A stretch of DNA of 64,000 nt, taken from contig JAOUFN010000012.1 of NCBI GenBank assembly GCA_029858285.1, positions 3,470-67,469 of the forward strand, in the 5' to 3' direction. Made by a program: the position numbers and the translations under genes. The DNA is from Nitrospirota bacterium (GTDB lineage: Bacteria; Nitrospirota; JACRHL01). Shown here one piece after another: positions 8,688-18,382 of the stretch (the first letter of the stretch is position 1; each line of letters starts with the position of its first letter). Below the pieces are notes generated by a model that worked only from the letters and a program-made list of their open reading frames with translations, ran no database searches and was not told the origin of the DNA.

Positions 8688-10130
8688 TCAAGGGGCTGCA
8701 ATCGCCGCTTCCTTCTGGTTCGCCACCACCACCCACAGCATGGCGTCCGGGTGCAGGTACTGGCGGGCCACGCGCTGCACGTCGGCGGCGGTCACCGCCT
8801 GTATGGCCTGCGGATAGTCGGTGAAATAGTTCTCGCCCAGACCGTACATGGCGGAGAAGGTCAGCAGCCCGGCGGTTTTGCCGTTGGTGTCCAGGCGCAG
8901 CGGAAAGCTGCCGGTGAGGTAATTTTTGGCGTCCGCCAGTTCCTGCTCCGCCACCGGCTGCTCACGGATGCGGCGAATCTCCACCAGCGTGCTGGCGATG
9001 GCCTGATTGGCGCTGGCGTTCTTGGTCTGGAAATTCACCGTAAAACTGCCCGGATCCCGCAGCGAATCGAAGGAGCTGTATACGGAATAGGCCAGCCCCT
9101 GCTTTTCACGCACGCTGTCGCCCAGGCGTGAGGTGAGGGTGCCGCCGCCGAGGATGTAGTTCATCACCTGCAACGGGTAAAAATCGGCATCGGTACGGCG
9201 AATGCCCAGGTGGCCCATGATGACGTTGGCCTGGGTGACGGGCCGGTCGATGGTCACCACCCGCACCTTGGCGGGGGCCACCGCCACCGGGGGCGAAGCG
9301 GCCGGGGGCTGGCGGCCGCTCCACTTGCCGAAGTGCCGCAGCACCAGCTTTCTGGCGTCCTTGAACGACACGTCGCCGACAAAGCTGATCACCGCCCCGT
9401 CGGGAACATAGTGGCGCTTGTGGAAGGCTGCCAGGGCTTCCGGCCCAAGTGGTTCCACGCTGTCCACGGTGCCGGCTGCCGGCTGGGCGTAAGGGTGGCT
9501 GCCGAACAGTTCGCGGTCGAAGGCCTTGGCGGCCACCGATCCCGGCTGGTCTTCGTCGGAGATGATGCCGGCGATGGTCTCCTTGCGGAGCCGTTCCACG
9601 TCGTCCTGACGAAACGCCGGACGCAGGGAGATGTCCGCCAGCAGGTCCATGCCCATGTCCAGGTTGCGCTGCAGGCCGGAGAAGGAGATGGTGGCGTAGT
9701 CGGCCTGGGCACCCGCCCCCAGGCTGGCGCCCACGAACTCGACGGCCTCGGCGATTTCGGTGGAGGAGCGGGTGGCGGTGCCCTCGTTGAGCAGCGCGGC
9801 GGTGAGCGCGGCGGTGCCCGCAGCGCCCTCGGGGTCGTTGCGCGTACCGGCGAGGACGGCCAGTTGCACGCTGACAATGGGCAACGCCTGGCGTTGCACC
9901 ACCTGCAGGGTCAGACCGTTGGGCAGGGTTTCGCGCTGCACTTTCAGATCGGCCGCCAGCGCGCCACCCCCCCACCAGCCGGAAAGCGTGACCACCGTGG
10001 CCAGAACGGCCAGAACGGGCAACGCCCGGACGGCGCGCCACGGCGTGCGGAGGACAGACCGGCGGGTGACGGACTGGCGGAAGACATGCCGGAAGACATG
10101 CCGGGGAACGGGCCGGGCGACGCGGTTCAT
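8688..10130 (-). CDS. M16 family peptidase (insulinase-like), non-catalytic/degenerate partner subunit
   Basis: Insulinase fold (NGLTLQVVQRQALPIVSVQLAVLAGTRNDPEGAAGTAALTAALLNEGT) but no HxxEH motif. It has a signal peptide. The gene is translationally coupled to the upstream M16 gene, with stop and start overlapping. Confidence 0.75.
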   Translation of the reverse strand: MNRVARPVPRHVFRHVFRQSVTRRSVLRTPWRAVRALPVLAVLATVVTLSGWWGGGALAADLKVQRETLPNGLTLQVVQRQALPIVSVQLAVLAGTRNDPEGAAGTAALTAALLNEGTATRSSTEIAEAVEFVGASLGAGAQADYATISFSGLQRNLDMGMDLLADISLRPAFRQDDVERLRKETIAGIISDEDQPGSVAAKAFDRELFGSHPYAQPAAGTVDSVEPLGPEALAAFHKRHYVPDGAVISFVGDVSFKDARKLVLRHFGKWSGRQPPAASPPVAVAPAKVRVVTIDRPVTQANVIMGHLGIRRTDADFYPLQVMNYILGGGTLTSRLGDSVREKQGLAYSVYSSFDSLRDPGSFTVNFQTKNASANQAIASTLVEIRRIREQPVAEQELADAKNYLTGSFPLRLDTNGKTAGLLTFSAMYGLGENYFTDYPQAIQAVTAADVQRVARQYLHPDAMLWVVVANQKEAAIAAP

Positions 10131-11500
10131 TTGGGGGTCTCCGCCGCCAGCGGGATGAGGGTCGCCACGGTGCGGTTTTGCGGTTGCAGGTAGGTGCGGG
10201 CCACCCGCGCCACGTCGGCGGCGGTGACCTTGCCCACCCGTTTGGTGAAACGGGTCACATAATCGGTACCCGCGCCCACCACCTCGGCGGTGGCGTATTG
10301 CATGGCCTGGTAGAACACCGAATCCTGCCCCAGGATGAACCCGGCCTCCACCTGGTTGCGGGCACGTTCCATCTCCCGCGCGTCGGGCGGGGTCTGCTGG
10401 ATGCGCGCCACCTCTTCATAAATTGCCGCCTCCACCTTCTCCGGCGTCTCTCCGGGGGCGACCATGGCGTAGAAGTAGAACAGTTCCGGGTCGGCGCTCA
10501 GGGGGTCGTAGGCGCCCCCCTCATCCACCGCGATGCGGTCCTGAAACACCAACCGCTGGTACATGCGCGAGCGCCGCCCCTCGAACAGCAGTTGCGACAG
10601 CACCACCAGGGCGTAGGCGTCCGGGCTTTGCCAGTTGGGGGCGTGGTAGCCAAGGAACACAAAGGGCAACTGGGCCTCGCGATGCAGGGTCAGGCGCCGT
10701 TCCCCCAGTTGCGGCGGTTCCTCGGTGCGATAGCGGCGGGACTCCAGCCCCGGCTGACGCGGCAGGCTGCCGAAGTTGCGGCGGATTTCCGCCATGGCCT
10801 GATCCGGCTGGAAATCCCCCGCCACCACCACCACCGCATTGTTGGGGGCGTAGAAGCGGCGGTAATGGGCGCGGGCATCCTCGGCCTTGAGGTGCTGCAG
10901 GTCGCTCACCCAGCCGATAATGGGCCGCCCGTAAGGGTGGGCCATGAACGCCGTGGAGTACATCTGCTCCACCGTGGCGCGGATCGGGCTGTCGTCAATG
11001 CGCATGCGCCGCTCTTCCAGCACCACGTCGCGCTCGGTGCTGAATTCCTCGTCCTGGATGCGCAGGTTGACCATGCGGTCCGCCTCCAGTTGCGCCGACA
11101 GGGGCAGGTACTGGGGGGCCCAGGTCATGTAGTAGGCGGTGTAGTCGTTGCTGGTCATGGCGTTTTCGTTGCCGCCACGGGCGGCCACCGTGCGGGCGTA
11201 CTCCCCGGTGTCGAGTTTGCCGGTGCTCTTGAACATGAGGTGTTCCAGCAGGTGCGACAGGCCGGTGTAGTTGCTCACCTCGTCGATGGAGCCAACCCGG
11301 TACCACACCTGGAACGATATCACCGGCGCCTTGTGCTCCTCGATCAGCACCACCGTCAGGCCGTTGTCCAGGGTCTGGGTTGTGACACGCGCCAGGGCCG
11401 GGGCCGGGGCGACGCCGGTCAGGCACACCGCCAGCAGCACCCCCAGGCCGGAGGTAACGCGGGCGGAAGAAACGGCGCGGCGGAAGAAGGCCAGAAACAT
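10127..11500 (-). CDS. M16 family zinc peptidase (active, HxxEH)
   Basis: Start is the internal ATG MFLAFFRRAVSS... with GGAG 9 nt upstream, which gives a signal peptide. It carries the inverted zinc motif HLLEH (LSHLLEHLMFKSTGK). Confidence 0.8.
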   Translation of the reverse strand: MFLAFFRRAVSSARVTSGLGVLLAVCLTGVAPAPALARVTTQTLDNGLTVVLIEEHKAPVISFQVWYRVGSIDEVSNYTGLSHLLEHLMFKSTGKLDTGEYARTVAARGGNENAMTSNDYTAYYMTWAPQYLPLSAQLEADRMVNLRIQDEEFSTERDVVLEERRMRIDDSPIRATVEQMYSTAFMAHPYGRPIIGWVSDLQHLKAEDARAHYRRFYAPNNAVVVVAGDFQPDQAMAEIRRNFGSLPRQPGLESRRYRTEEPPQLGERRLTLHREAQLPFVFLGYHAPNWQSPDAYALVVLSQLLFEGRRSRMYQRLVFQDRIAVDEGGAYDPLSADPELFYFYAMVAPGETPEKVEAAIYEEVARIQQTPPDAREMERARNQVEAGFILGQDSVFYQAMQYATAEVVGAGTDYVTRFTKRVGKVTAADVARVARTYLQPQNRTVATLIPLAAETPK

Positions 11501-11630
11501 GCGGAAAAACTCCTGAAGCGGCCACGGGCCCAAAAGGGCAGTTGCCCGGGGACCGGCAAAAACCGGGCCGGGGTCCCGATTGTAGGGAAGGGCCGGAAAC
11601 AGCGTCAACCGTGCGCCCCCCGCAAGGCTG

Positions 11631-12194
11631 TCATCCGGGGGCGGCGGGACCACGGGGTTCTCCCGGTTCCCGGTAGTGGCGGGACACGTACACCCCCTGG
11701 GCGAGGACGAAAACCAGGGTCAGCCCCAGCAGACCGAACAGTTTGAAGTTGACCCACACATCGGTGGAAAAATGCCACGCCACCACCGTGTTAAGCACCG
11801 CCATGGCCAAAAAAAACGCCACCCACCAGTGGTTCAGCCGCCCCAGCACCGCTGCCGGCAGACCGTCGGCAAGGGCGGCGAACACCCGCGCCGCCAGGGG
11901 CTTTTTGCCGATCCGCGCGCTGCCCCAGAACAGGATTGCCAGCACCACATAGAGCACGGTCGGCTTGGCCTTGATAAAACGCTCGTCCGCCAGCAGCAGG
12001 GTGGCGCCACCGAACACCACCACGATGCCCGCCGACAGCAACTGCATGGGCTCCAGCCGCCGGTGCCGCAGCCACCCCCACAGGGCCACCACCACCGAGG
12101 CGCCCATGGCCACCGCCGTCGCCGCCATGATGCCGTAGGCCTTGTAGGTGGCAAAGAACAGGATGACGGGCAAAAAATCGAACAGCAACTGCAT
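11631..12194 (-). CDS. yciB: intracellular septation protein A (YciB/IspZ)
   Basis: MQLLFDFLPVILFFATYK... is the canonical YciB N-terminus. The protein has five transmembrane segments. Confidence 0.8.
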   Translation of the reverse strand: MQLLFDFLPVILFFATYKAYGIMAATAVAMGASVVVALWGWLRHRRLEPMQLLSAGIVVVFGGATLLLADERFIKAKPTVLYVVLAILFWGSARIGKKPLAARVFAALADGLPAAVLGRLNHWWVAFFLAMAVLNTVVAWHFSTDVWVNFKLFGLLGLTLVFVLAQGVYVSRHYREPGEPRGPAAPG

Positions 12195-12348
12195 CGGGTA
12201 CGGGTTCCGCTTATGGGGGGAGCGGCGCGGGGGCGCGCGCTCCGGGGTCGTCCTCGGGGTCGGACCGGGTTTTCAGTGTAACCCATCGGGCCGGGTTCGC
12301 GGCGGCACTTTCGTGGAAGCGCGTCGACCGGCATAATGGGCGGCAGCC

Positions 12349-13167
12349 ATGCCCGCCTCCACCCCCAGCTTTGCCGACATTTACGATGCCGTGGTCGGCG
12401 ACGACTTCAAGGGCCACTGGTGGCGGGGCTTTGGCCGCTATGTGCGGCAACACCAACTGACCTTCACCAGCGTCTGCGACGTGGCCTGCGGCACCGGTGT
12501 CACCGCCCTGCGCCTGGCCCGGCAGGGGGGGATCGAGGTCATCGGCGTGGACATTGCGGAGGACATGCTGCGGGTGGCCCGTGCCCGCTGTGAGGGCCAG
12601 CGGCTGGACCACCCGGTGACATTCCTGCGCCAGCCGATGCAGGAACTGGCACTGCCCCGGGCGGTGGACCTGATCGTGTGCGCCTACGACTCCCTCAACG
12701 CCCTGCCGTCGGCGGAACTGCTGGCCGCCACCTTGCTGGGTTTTGCCCGCCATCTGAACCCCGGCGGGCATGTGGTGTGCGACATGATCACCCGCCGCCA
12801 TCTGTCCGAGGTGTGGGGCGACGGTGAATTCCACGCCCCGGCGGGAGAGATGGACTCGATCTGGCACACGGCGTGGGACCCTGCCCTGGAGCGGCTTTCC
12901 GTACACCTCACGGTGCGGGTGGACGACGGCCCCACCGCGCACCGGGTAAGCCACCGGGTAGAGGAGTACGCCTATTCCCAACCGGTGGTGGAACAGGCCA
13001 TCCACGGCGCGGGGCTGGAAGTGGTGGAGGTGCGCGACCTGATCCCCTGGACCCCCGCCGCCCCTCCGGACGGGGAAAACGCCGACCGCTGGTTCTACCT
13101 GTTGCGCCACGCCAGAACCCCTTCCGGCCCCCCTTCCGGCACCCGCCCAGGAGCTTCCCCGGCATGA
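12349..13167 (+). CDS. class I SAM-dependent methyltransferase
   Basis: SAM-binding motif I (CDVACGTGVTALRLA) and the acidic loop (VIGVDIAEDML) are present. ATG start. The gene overlaps the next gene by 4 nt (ATGA). Confidence 0.7.
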   Translation: MPASTPSFADIYDAVVGDDFKGHWWRGFGRYVRQHQLTFTSVCDVACGTGVTALRLARQGGIEVIGVDIAEDMLRVARARCEGQRLDHPVTFLRQPMQELALPRAVDLIVCAYDSLNALPSAELLAATLLGFARHLNPGGHVVCDMITRRHLSEVWGDGEFHAPAGEMDSIWHTAWDPALERLSVHLTVRVDDGPTAHRVSHRVEEYAYSQPVVEQAIHGAGLEVVEVRDLIPWTPAAPPDGENADRWFYLLRHARTPSGPPSGTRPGASPA

Positions 13168-14342
13168 CCGCGGCCATTCCACCCTCGGGCGGCACGGAAG
13201 GCGTTGCCCCGATTTCGGCCCCGATTTCGGCCCTGCTCAGGCGGCTGCTGTCCACGCCCACCGCGCCGTTTCACGAGGGGCGGGTGATGGAAGTGATCCG
13301 GGAGGCGCTGGACGCCCTGGCCATTCCCCACCGGCACGACCGCCACGGCAACCTTATCGCCCGTTACCGGAAGGGCTCCGGCCCGCCCTGGGCGCTGCTG
13401 GCGCACACCGATCATCCGGGCATCGAGGTCACCCGGGTGCGGGGCGCCACGGCGTGGGGAACCTTTCTGGGCGGGACGCGCCCGGACAGCCTGCCGGGGG
13501 CGCGGGTGCGGCTGTTCCCCGATGTGGTGGAGACGGCGGGAAGAGCCGACGACGGCGTGCTGGCGACCATCCGCGCCACCCACATGGTGCGGGGCGAAAA
13601 ACGCCTGGAGATCGACCTGCCCACCCCCCGCGCCGTGGCGCCCGGCGCTTTCGGCGGCTTCGATCTGCCCGCCCCCACGGTGAGCGGGAAAACCATTGCC
13701 GCGGCCGCCGTGGACGATTTGATCGGCTGCGCCACCACCCTGGCGGTGCTGGCCAACTTGCGGGAGAGTGGCGCCAAAGCCCATGTACTGGGCGTGTTTA
13801 CCCGCGCCGAAGAGGTGGGTTTCATCGGCGCCCAGCTTCTGGCCGAGGCGGGCACCCTCCCCGCCACCGCCCTGGTGGTGTCGCTGGAGGCCAGCATGGA
13901 AATTCCCGGCGCCCGCTGCGGCCTGGGGCCGGTGGTGCGGGTGGGGGACCGCACCAGCGTCTACCACAGCGGCGCGGAATACCTGTTGCACGCCGCCGCC
14001 CGCGAACTGGCCAGGGAGGATCCGGGCTTCCGTTTCCAGCGCCAGTTGATGACCGGCGGCACCTGCGAGGCCACCGTGTTCACCGCCCTGGGGTATCCGG
14101 CGGCAGGCCTCGCCTACCCGCTGCGGAACTATCACAACATGGTGATGGCGGGCGTGGATGGCGGGGGCGGGGGCAACGGAAATGAAATCGACCGGGAGCA
14201 GATTCACACCGCCGATTTCCTGGCCGGAGTGCGTCTGCTCACCCGTGCGGTCACGGCCACGGGGCGCGGCGCCCCTTCCCTGACCCGTTATTACCGCCAG
14301 CTCATCCGGGACACCACCCGCTACCGCAACCGGTTGCGGTGA
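13164..14342 (+). CDS. M42 family metallopeptidase (FrvX/aminopeptidase-like)
   Basis: Internal ATG in frame with ORF 12873. Motifs TAPFHEGRVMEVIREAL, AHTDHPGIEV and the Asp/Glu metal ligands are M42-like. The N-terminal extension of the ORF overlaps the methyltransferase gene and was rejected. Confidence 0.6.
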   Translation: MTAAIPPSGGTEGVAPISAPISALLRRLLSTPTAPFHEGRVMEVIREALDALAIPHRHDRHGNLIARYRKGSGPPWALLAHTDHPGIEVTRVRGATAWGTFLGGTRPDSLPGARVRLFPDVVETAGRADDGVLATIRATHMVRGEKRLEIDLPTPRAVAPGAFGGFDLPAPTVSGKTIAAAAVDDLIGCATTLAVLANLRESGAKAHVLGVFTRAEEVGFIGAQLLAEAGTLPATALVVSLEASMEIPGARCGLGPVVRVGDRTSVYHSGAEYLLHAAARELAREDPGFRFQRQLMTGGTCEATVFTALGYPAAGLAYPLRNYHNMVMAGVDGGGGGNGNEIDREQIHTADFLAGVRLLTRAVTATGRGAPSLTRYYRQLIRDTTRYRNRLR

Positions 14343-14351
14343 GACAGCCGA

Positions 14352-15281
14352 ATGAGACACACCCTATGGGACACACCCCGTGAGACAGTTGTGAGACATT
14401 TCCGCCACCGTCGGCTCGTGGCCTTCACCCTGATGGTGGCTGCGGCGCTGACTTTCCCCCTCACCGCATTCGCCGCCGAGGTGGTGCCCGCTCCCGCATC
14501 CGGCGCGCAGGTGCGGGTGGTGGCCAAGGGCCTGCCCATGGTGGACCGGCTGGCGCGGGCGGCGGACGGCACCCTGTATGCCACACTGGAACTGGGCAAC
14601 GGGCGCGGGCGCGTGGTGCGCATCACCCCGGATGGCACCATCAGCGTGATCCTGCAGGCGCTGGACCGCCCCGACGGCCTGCTGCTGGTGGATGACACCC
14701 TGTACATCACCGAGGAGATCCGCGCCGGGCGCCTGCTGGCCTACCACCTTGCCTCCGGGGTTTTGCGCCAACTGGCCATCCTGCGCATGCCGGAGGGCAT
14801 CGACCGGCTGGCGGACGGGCGGCTGGTGATTGCCGAGGACCGCGCCCCCGGACGGGTGGTGACGGTGACCGACGACGGCACGATCGGCCTGCTCGTCGGC
14901 GGGCTGAACCGGCCCGAGGGGCTGGCGGTGGCCGACGATGGCCAGGGGCACGAAATCATTTGGGTGTGCGAGACCGCCACCGGGCGCCTGCTGGCGCTGC
15001 GGGACGGCAAGATCAGCGTGGCGGCAGCGGGGATGCGTGAGCCGGATCAGGTGGCCGTGGCCCCCGGCGGCGCGGTGTTCGTCACCGAGGACGCCACGCC
15101 GGGGCGGCTGCTGAAGCTGGGGCCGGGCGGCACCATGCTGCCGGTGCTGGAGGGGCTGAGCGCCCCCCAGGGCATGGCCTTCCGCCCCGCCAACGGCAAC
15201 TGCGGAGCGGCCATCTATGTGGCGGAACAGGGCAAGGGGCGGATTCTGCAGGTCGGCCCGGTGTGCGGGGCTGCGGACTGA
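14352..15281 (+). CDS. secreted SMP-30/gluconolactonase/NHL-repeat beta-propeller protein
   Basis: Signal peptide, then repeated blade-like segments (DGTLYAT, DDTLYITEE, GRLVIAED, AVFVTED). Confidence 0.5.
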   Translation: MRHTLWDTPRETVVRHFRHRRLVAFTLMVAAALTFPLTAFAAEVVPAPASGAQVRVVAKGLPMVDRLARAADGTLYATLELGNGRGRVVRITPDGTISVILQALDRPDGLLLVDDTLYITEEIRAGRLLAYHLASGVLRQLAILRMPEGIDRLADGRLVIAEDRAPGRVVTVTDDGTIGLLVGGLNRPEGLAVADDGQGHEIIWVCETATGRLLALRDGKISVAAAGMREPDQVAVAPGGAVFVTEDATPGRLLKLGPGGTMLPVLEGLSAPQGMAFRPANGNCGAAIYVAEQGKGRILQVGPVCGAAD

Positions 15282-15305
15282 CCGGGGCAGGAGAACAGCC
15301 CGGCG

Positions 15306-16325
15306 TTAAGGCTCCAGCAACACCTTGAGCACGCCGGGGGTGGCCGCGTGGCGAATGGCGGCGACGCCGTCATCCAGCGCGTAGCGGGCGGCTATCAGGG
15401 GGGCGACGTCGATATGCCCCGCCGCCAGAGCCGCCAGGGCGGGCTCGAACGGCCCGCAGCGGGAGCCGACCACGGTGATCTCGTCGATCACCAGTGGCGC
15501 CGGGTTCCAACTGGCGGCAGTGGCGCAGGTGGACTTGAGCACCACGGTGCCGCAGGGGCGGGTGCGCGCCACCGCCTGCCCAAGGCCGTCGGCACTGCCG
15601 GTGGCGTCCACCACCACGTCGGCGGGGGGAAGGTCGGCGTCCGGCGGGGCGCTGGCAATCCCCCATTTTGTGGCCACGGCGCGTTTTTCCGGGTGTTTTC
15701 CCAGCAGCGTCAGGTGGCAGCCGGTGGTGGCCAGCACCTGGGCGATGAGCAGCCCCAGACGCCCGTCCCCCATCACATACACCGTGTCGCGGGTGGCGAT
15801 GCGCACCTGTTCGAGGATGCGGAACGCCGCCGCCAGGGGTTCCACGAACACCGCCGCCTGATCCGTCACTCCGGCGGGCAGCGGGTGCAGGTTGCTCAGG
15901 GGCAGGGTGAGGTATTCGGCAAACGCCCCGCTGCGCCCCAGAATGCCCAGTACCGAGCGGCTCGGGCAGTGGCGCGGGCGCCCGGCGCGGCAGGCGGGGC
16001 AGGCGGGTTTGCCGCAGGCGGCGTTGATCTCCCCCACCACCCGTTTGCCGATCCAGTGGCCGACGTCCGGCGTGGCGGTGGAGGCCGAGGTGGCTGACGG
16101 GGCGCCTTCGGGCGAAACGGGGGCCGGGGTGACGGACTCCACCGTGGCGGTGAACTCGTGGCCGAGGACGCCGCAAAAACCCATGTAGCCGTTGGTGATG
16201 GCCAGGTCAGTGGCGCAGATGCCGGCCAGTTTTACCCGCACCAGGGCCTCTCCGGGGGCCGCTTCGGGGCGCGGCAGGTCGGTGCGGCAGGACAGTCCCC
16301 TGTGGTCAAAAATCAGCCCGCGCAC
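15306..16325 (-). CDS. zinc-dependent alcohol dehydrogenase (MDR family)
   Basis: Start is the internal GTG (VRGLIFDHRG...). Catalytic and structural zinc motifs (GICATD, GHEF, CGKPACPACRAGRPRHC) are present, along with a Rossmann GxGxxG (VMGDGRLG). Confidence 0.75.
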   Translation of the reverse strand: MRGLIFDHRGLSCRTDLPRPEAAPGEALVRVKLAGICATDLAITNGYMGFCGVLGHEFTATVESVTPAPVSPEGAPSATSASTATPDVGHWIGKRVVGEINAACGKPACPACRAGRPRHCPSRSVLGILGRSGAFAEYLTLPLSNLHPLPAGVTDQAAVFVEPLAAAFRILEQVRIATRDTVYVMGDGRLGLLIAQVLATTGCHLTLLGKHPEKRAVATKWGIASAPPDADLPPADVVVDATGSADGLGQAVARTRPCGTVVLKSTCATAASWNPAPLVIDEITVVGSRCGPFEPALAALAAGHIDVAPLIAARYALDDGVAAIRHAATPGVLKVLLEP

Positions 16326-16395
16326 GGGGTGCCGGACGGTGGACCGGGTGCGGCCCGGTGGAGCGGTCCACTGGCGGTCGCCGCGCCCACGGTGG

Positions 16396-18201
16396 TCACC
16401 CGGCGGCCAGCATTTCGCGGGCGTGGGCGAGGGTCGCCTCGGTGAGCTTTTCACCCCCCAGCATGCGCGCCACTTCGGTGACCCGCGCGCCGGGCTCAAG
16501 CCGCTCCACGGCGGTGGCGGTACGACCGTTGAGAGCCGTTTTGGACACTTGCAGATGGGTGTCGGCCAGGGCGGCGATCTGGGCCTGATGGGTGATGCAG
16601 AACACCTGATGCCCCGCCGTCGCCAGGGCGCGCAGCAGGTGCCCCACCCGCTCCGCCACCGAGCCGCCGATGCCGCTGTCCACCTCGTCGAACACCAGAC
16701 AGGGGACCGGATCGGCGCCGATCATTACCTGCTTGAGGGCCAGCATGATGCGCGACAGTTCACCGCCGGAGGCCACCCGCGCCAGCGGCCTGGCCTCTTC
16801 GCCGGGGTTGGCGGCAAGCAGGAAGCGGGCGCGTTCAGTGCCGTCGGGACCGAGCAGCACATCGCCGCACGGCACGCCATCGCGGTTGGGGGCAAAGGCC
16901 ACCGCCAGCCGGGCGTGGGGCATGGCCATGTCCGCCAGGTAGCTGGACGCCTGCTGTACCAGCCGCTCCGCCGCCTGCTGGCGTGCCGCATAGAGGGCCG
17001 CTGCCCGGGTCACCAGTTCCCGCTCCAGATCCGAACGCTCCGCCAGGCAGCGCGCCAGTTCCTCGTCCACGTCCCCTTCCGCCGCCAGCTCCGCGCTGTA
17101 GGCGGCGGCGGTGGCAAGGATTTCCTCGACGCTGCGACCGTACTTGCGGCGCAGCGCCTCGATGGCGGCCAGCCGCTGTTCCACCTCGGCCTGGCGTTCC
17201 GGGTCGCTGCGGGCGCTGTCGCGGAAGCGACGCAGGTTGTCCGCCGCCTCCTCCAGCAGGGTGCGGGCGTCCGCCACCAGCCGGGTGGTGTCCTCCTGGG
17301 CGGGGGTGAGTCGGGCGATGTCGCCCAGCCACTCCGTCACCCGCGCCAACTGGGTCAGGATCGCCCCGTCGGCGGCGTACAGGGTGTCGAAGGCGGCGTC
17401 CCCCAGGTCGCGCAGGTTTTCGGCGTGGGACAGGCGGGACAGTTCCACCGCCAGGTCGTCGTCCTCCCCCGGGGCAAGGCTGGCGGAGCCGATCTCCTCC
17501 ACCGCGAAGGTCAGAAAGGCGGCCCGCGCCTGGGCCTCCTGACGGCTGTGCGTCAGTTCACCGATGCGCTGGATAAGGGTCTTCAGGCGCGTGTAACCGG
17601 CGCGGTATTCGAGGGTCCGGGGCAGCAGCCCTCCGGCGGCGTCCAGCAATTCGCCGTGGGCGGATTCGGCCAGCAGGGAGCGCTGGGCGTGCTGGCCTTG
17701 AATGTCGATGAGTTCGCCGCCGATTTCGCTCAGCAGGGTCAGCCCCACGCGGCGGTCGTTGAGGTACACGGCGTTGTTGCCGCCCCGGTCCAGCACGCGC
17801 CGCACCACCAGGGTGGAGTCGGCCTCGGCGCCGGCCTCGGCCAGACGCGCCCGCACCGCCTCGGGTATCTGGCGAAACACCCCCTCCACCACCGCCCGCT
17901 CGGCGCCGGTGCGGATCAGGCCCGAATCGGCCCGGCCTCCGGCCAGCAGGCGCAGGGCATCGATGAGCAGGCTCTTGCCGACGCCGGTTTCACCGGTGAG
18001 GGTGACGAAGCCGGGGGCGAGTTCCACCCGGAGGCGCTCGATGACCGCCAGATTCTCCACGGCGATTTCCGCCAGATGGGTGGGGGCGGCGGCGCGGGGT
18101 GTCTCGCGGGGTGACATGAAGGATGATTCGGGGGAAGAAACTTCGGCAGACGTCGGCACAGACGCGGGGGCAGACGCGGGGGCAGACGTTTCGGAAGTCA
18201 T
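16396..18201 (-). CDS. recN: DNA repair protein RecN
   Basis: Motifs IAVENLAVIERLRVELAPGFVTLTGETGVGKSLLIDAL and an SMC-like coiled coil identify RecN. Start 18201 has AGGAGA 8 nt upstream, which adds a 28-aa Ser/Ala/Pro-rich N-terminal extension. The alternative start at 18117 lacks an SD. Confidence 0.85.
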   Translation of the reverse strand: MTSETSAPASAPASVPTSAEVSSPESSFMSPRETPRAAAPTHLAEIAVENLAVIERLRVELAPGFVTLTGETGVGKSLLIDALRLLAGGRADSGLIRTGAERAVVEGVFRQIPEAVRARLAEAGAEADSTLVVRRVLDRGGNNAVYLNDRRVGLTLLSEIGGELIDIQGQHAQRSLLAESAHGELLDAAGGLLPRTLEYRAGYTRLKTLIQRIGELTHSRQEAQARAAFLTFAVEEIGSASLAPGEDDDLAVELSRLSHAENLRDLGDAAFDTLYAADGAILTQLARVTEWLGDIARLTPAQEDTTRLVADARTLLEEAADNLRRFRDSARSDPERQAEVEQRLAAIEALRRKYGRSVEEILATAAAYSAELAAEGDVDEELARCLAERSDLERELVTRAAALYAARQQAAERLVQQASSYLADMAMPHARLAVAFAPNRDGVPCGDVLLGPDGTERARFLLAANPGEEARPLARVASGGELSRIMLALKQVMIGADPVPCLVFDEVDSGIGGSVAERVGHLLRALATAGHQVFCITHQAQIAALADTHLQVSKTALNGRTATAVERLEPGARVTEVARMLGGEKLTEATLAHAREMLAAG

Positions 18202-18382
18202 CGGGGGGCGTCTCCTGGAACGGTTGCCGGACCGGGTAATGGAAGCGGAAAAGCGTCCGGAACGCAAGCGGGGCGCCCCGGTTTTCCGGAAGCGCCCCGC
18301 TGTGGAGCCTCGGGCGCAGACCAATTTATCCGACCGGTCTGTCCGGAGGATCCGTCCCGGCCGATCCGGCCGATCCGCCGGG

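Noticed and set aside
7028-8824. 598-aa plus-strand ORF spanning the lipoprotein, gloA and the secreted gene.
   Set aside because: Antisense to three coupled minus-strand genes. Its composition is Arg/Gly/Pro/His-rich.
12873-13163. N-terminal 97 codons of the ORF that contains the M42 peptidase.
   Set aside because: Overlaps the methyltransferase gene out of frame. The M42 homology begins only at the ATG at 13164.
16192-18114. 640-aa plus-strand ORF antisense to recN.
   Set aside because: A shadow ORF of recN with no motifs.
18202-18382. SOS (LexA) box upstream of recN.
   Set aside because: No CTGT-N8-ACAG site. Only a GAAC-N7-GGAC near-match was found. I could not assign one without knowing the taxon-specific motif.
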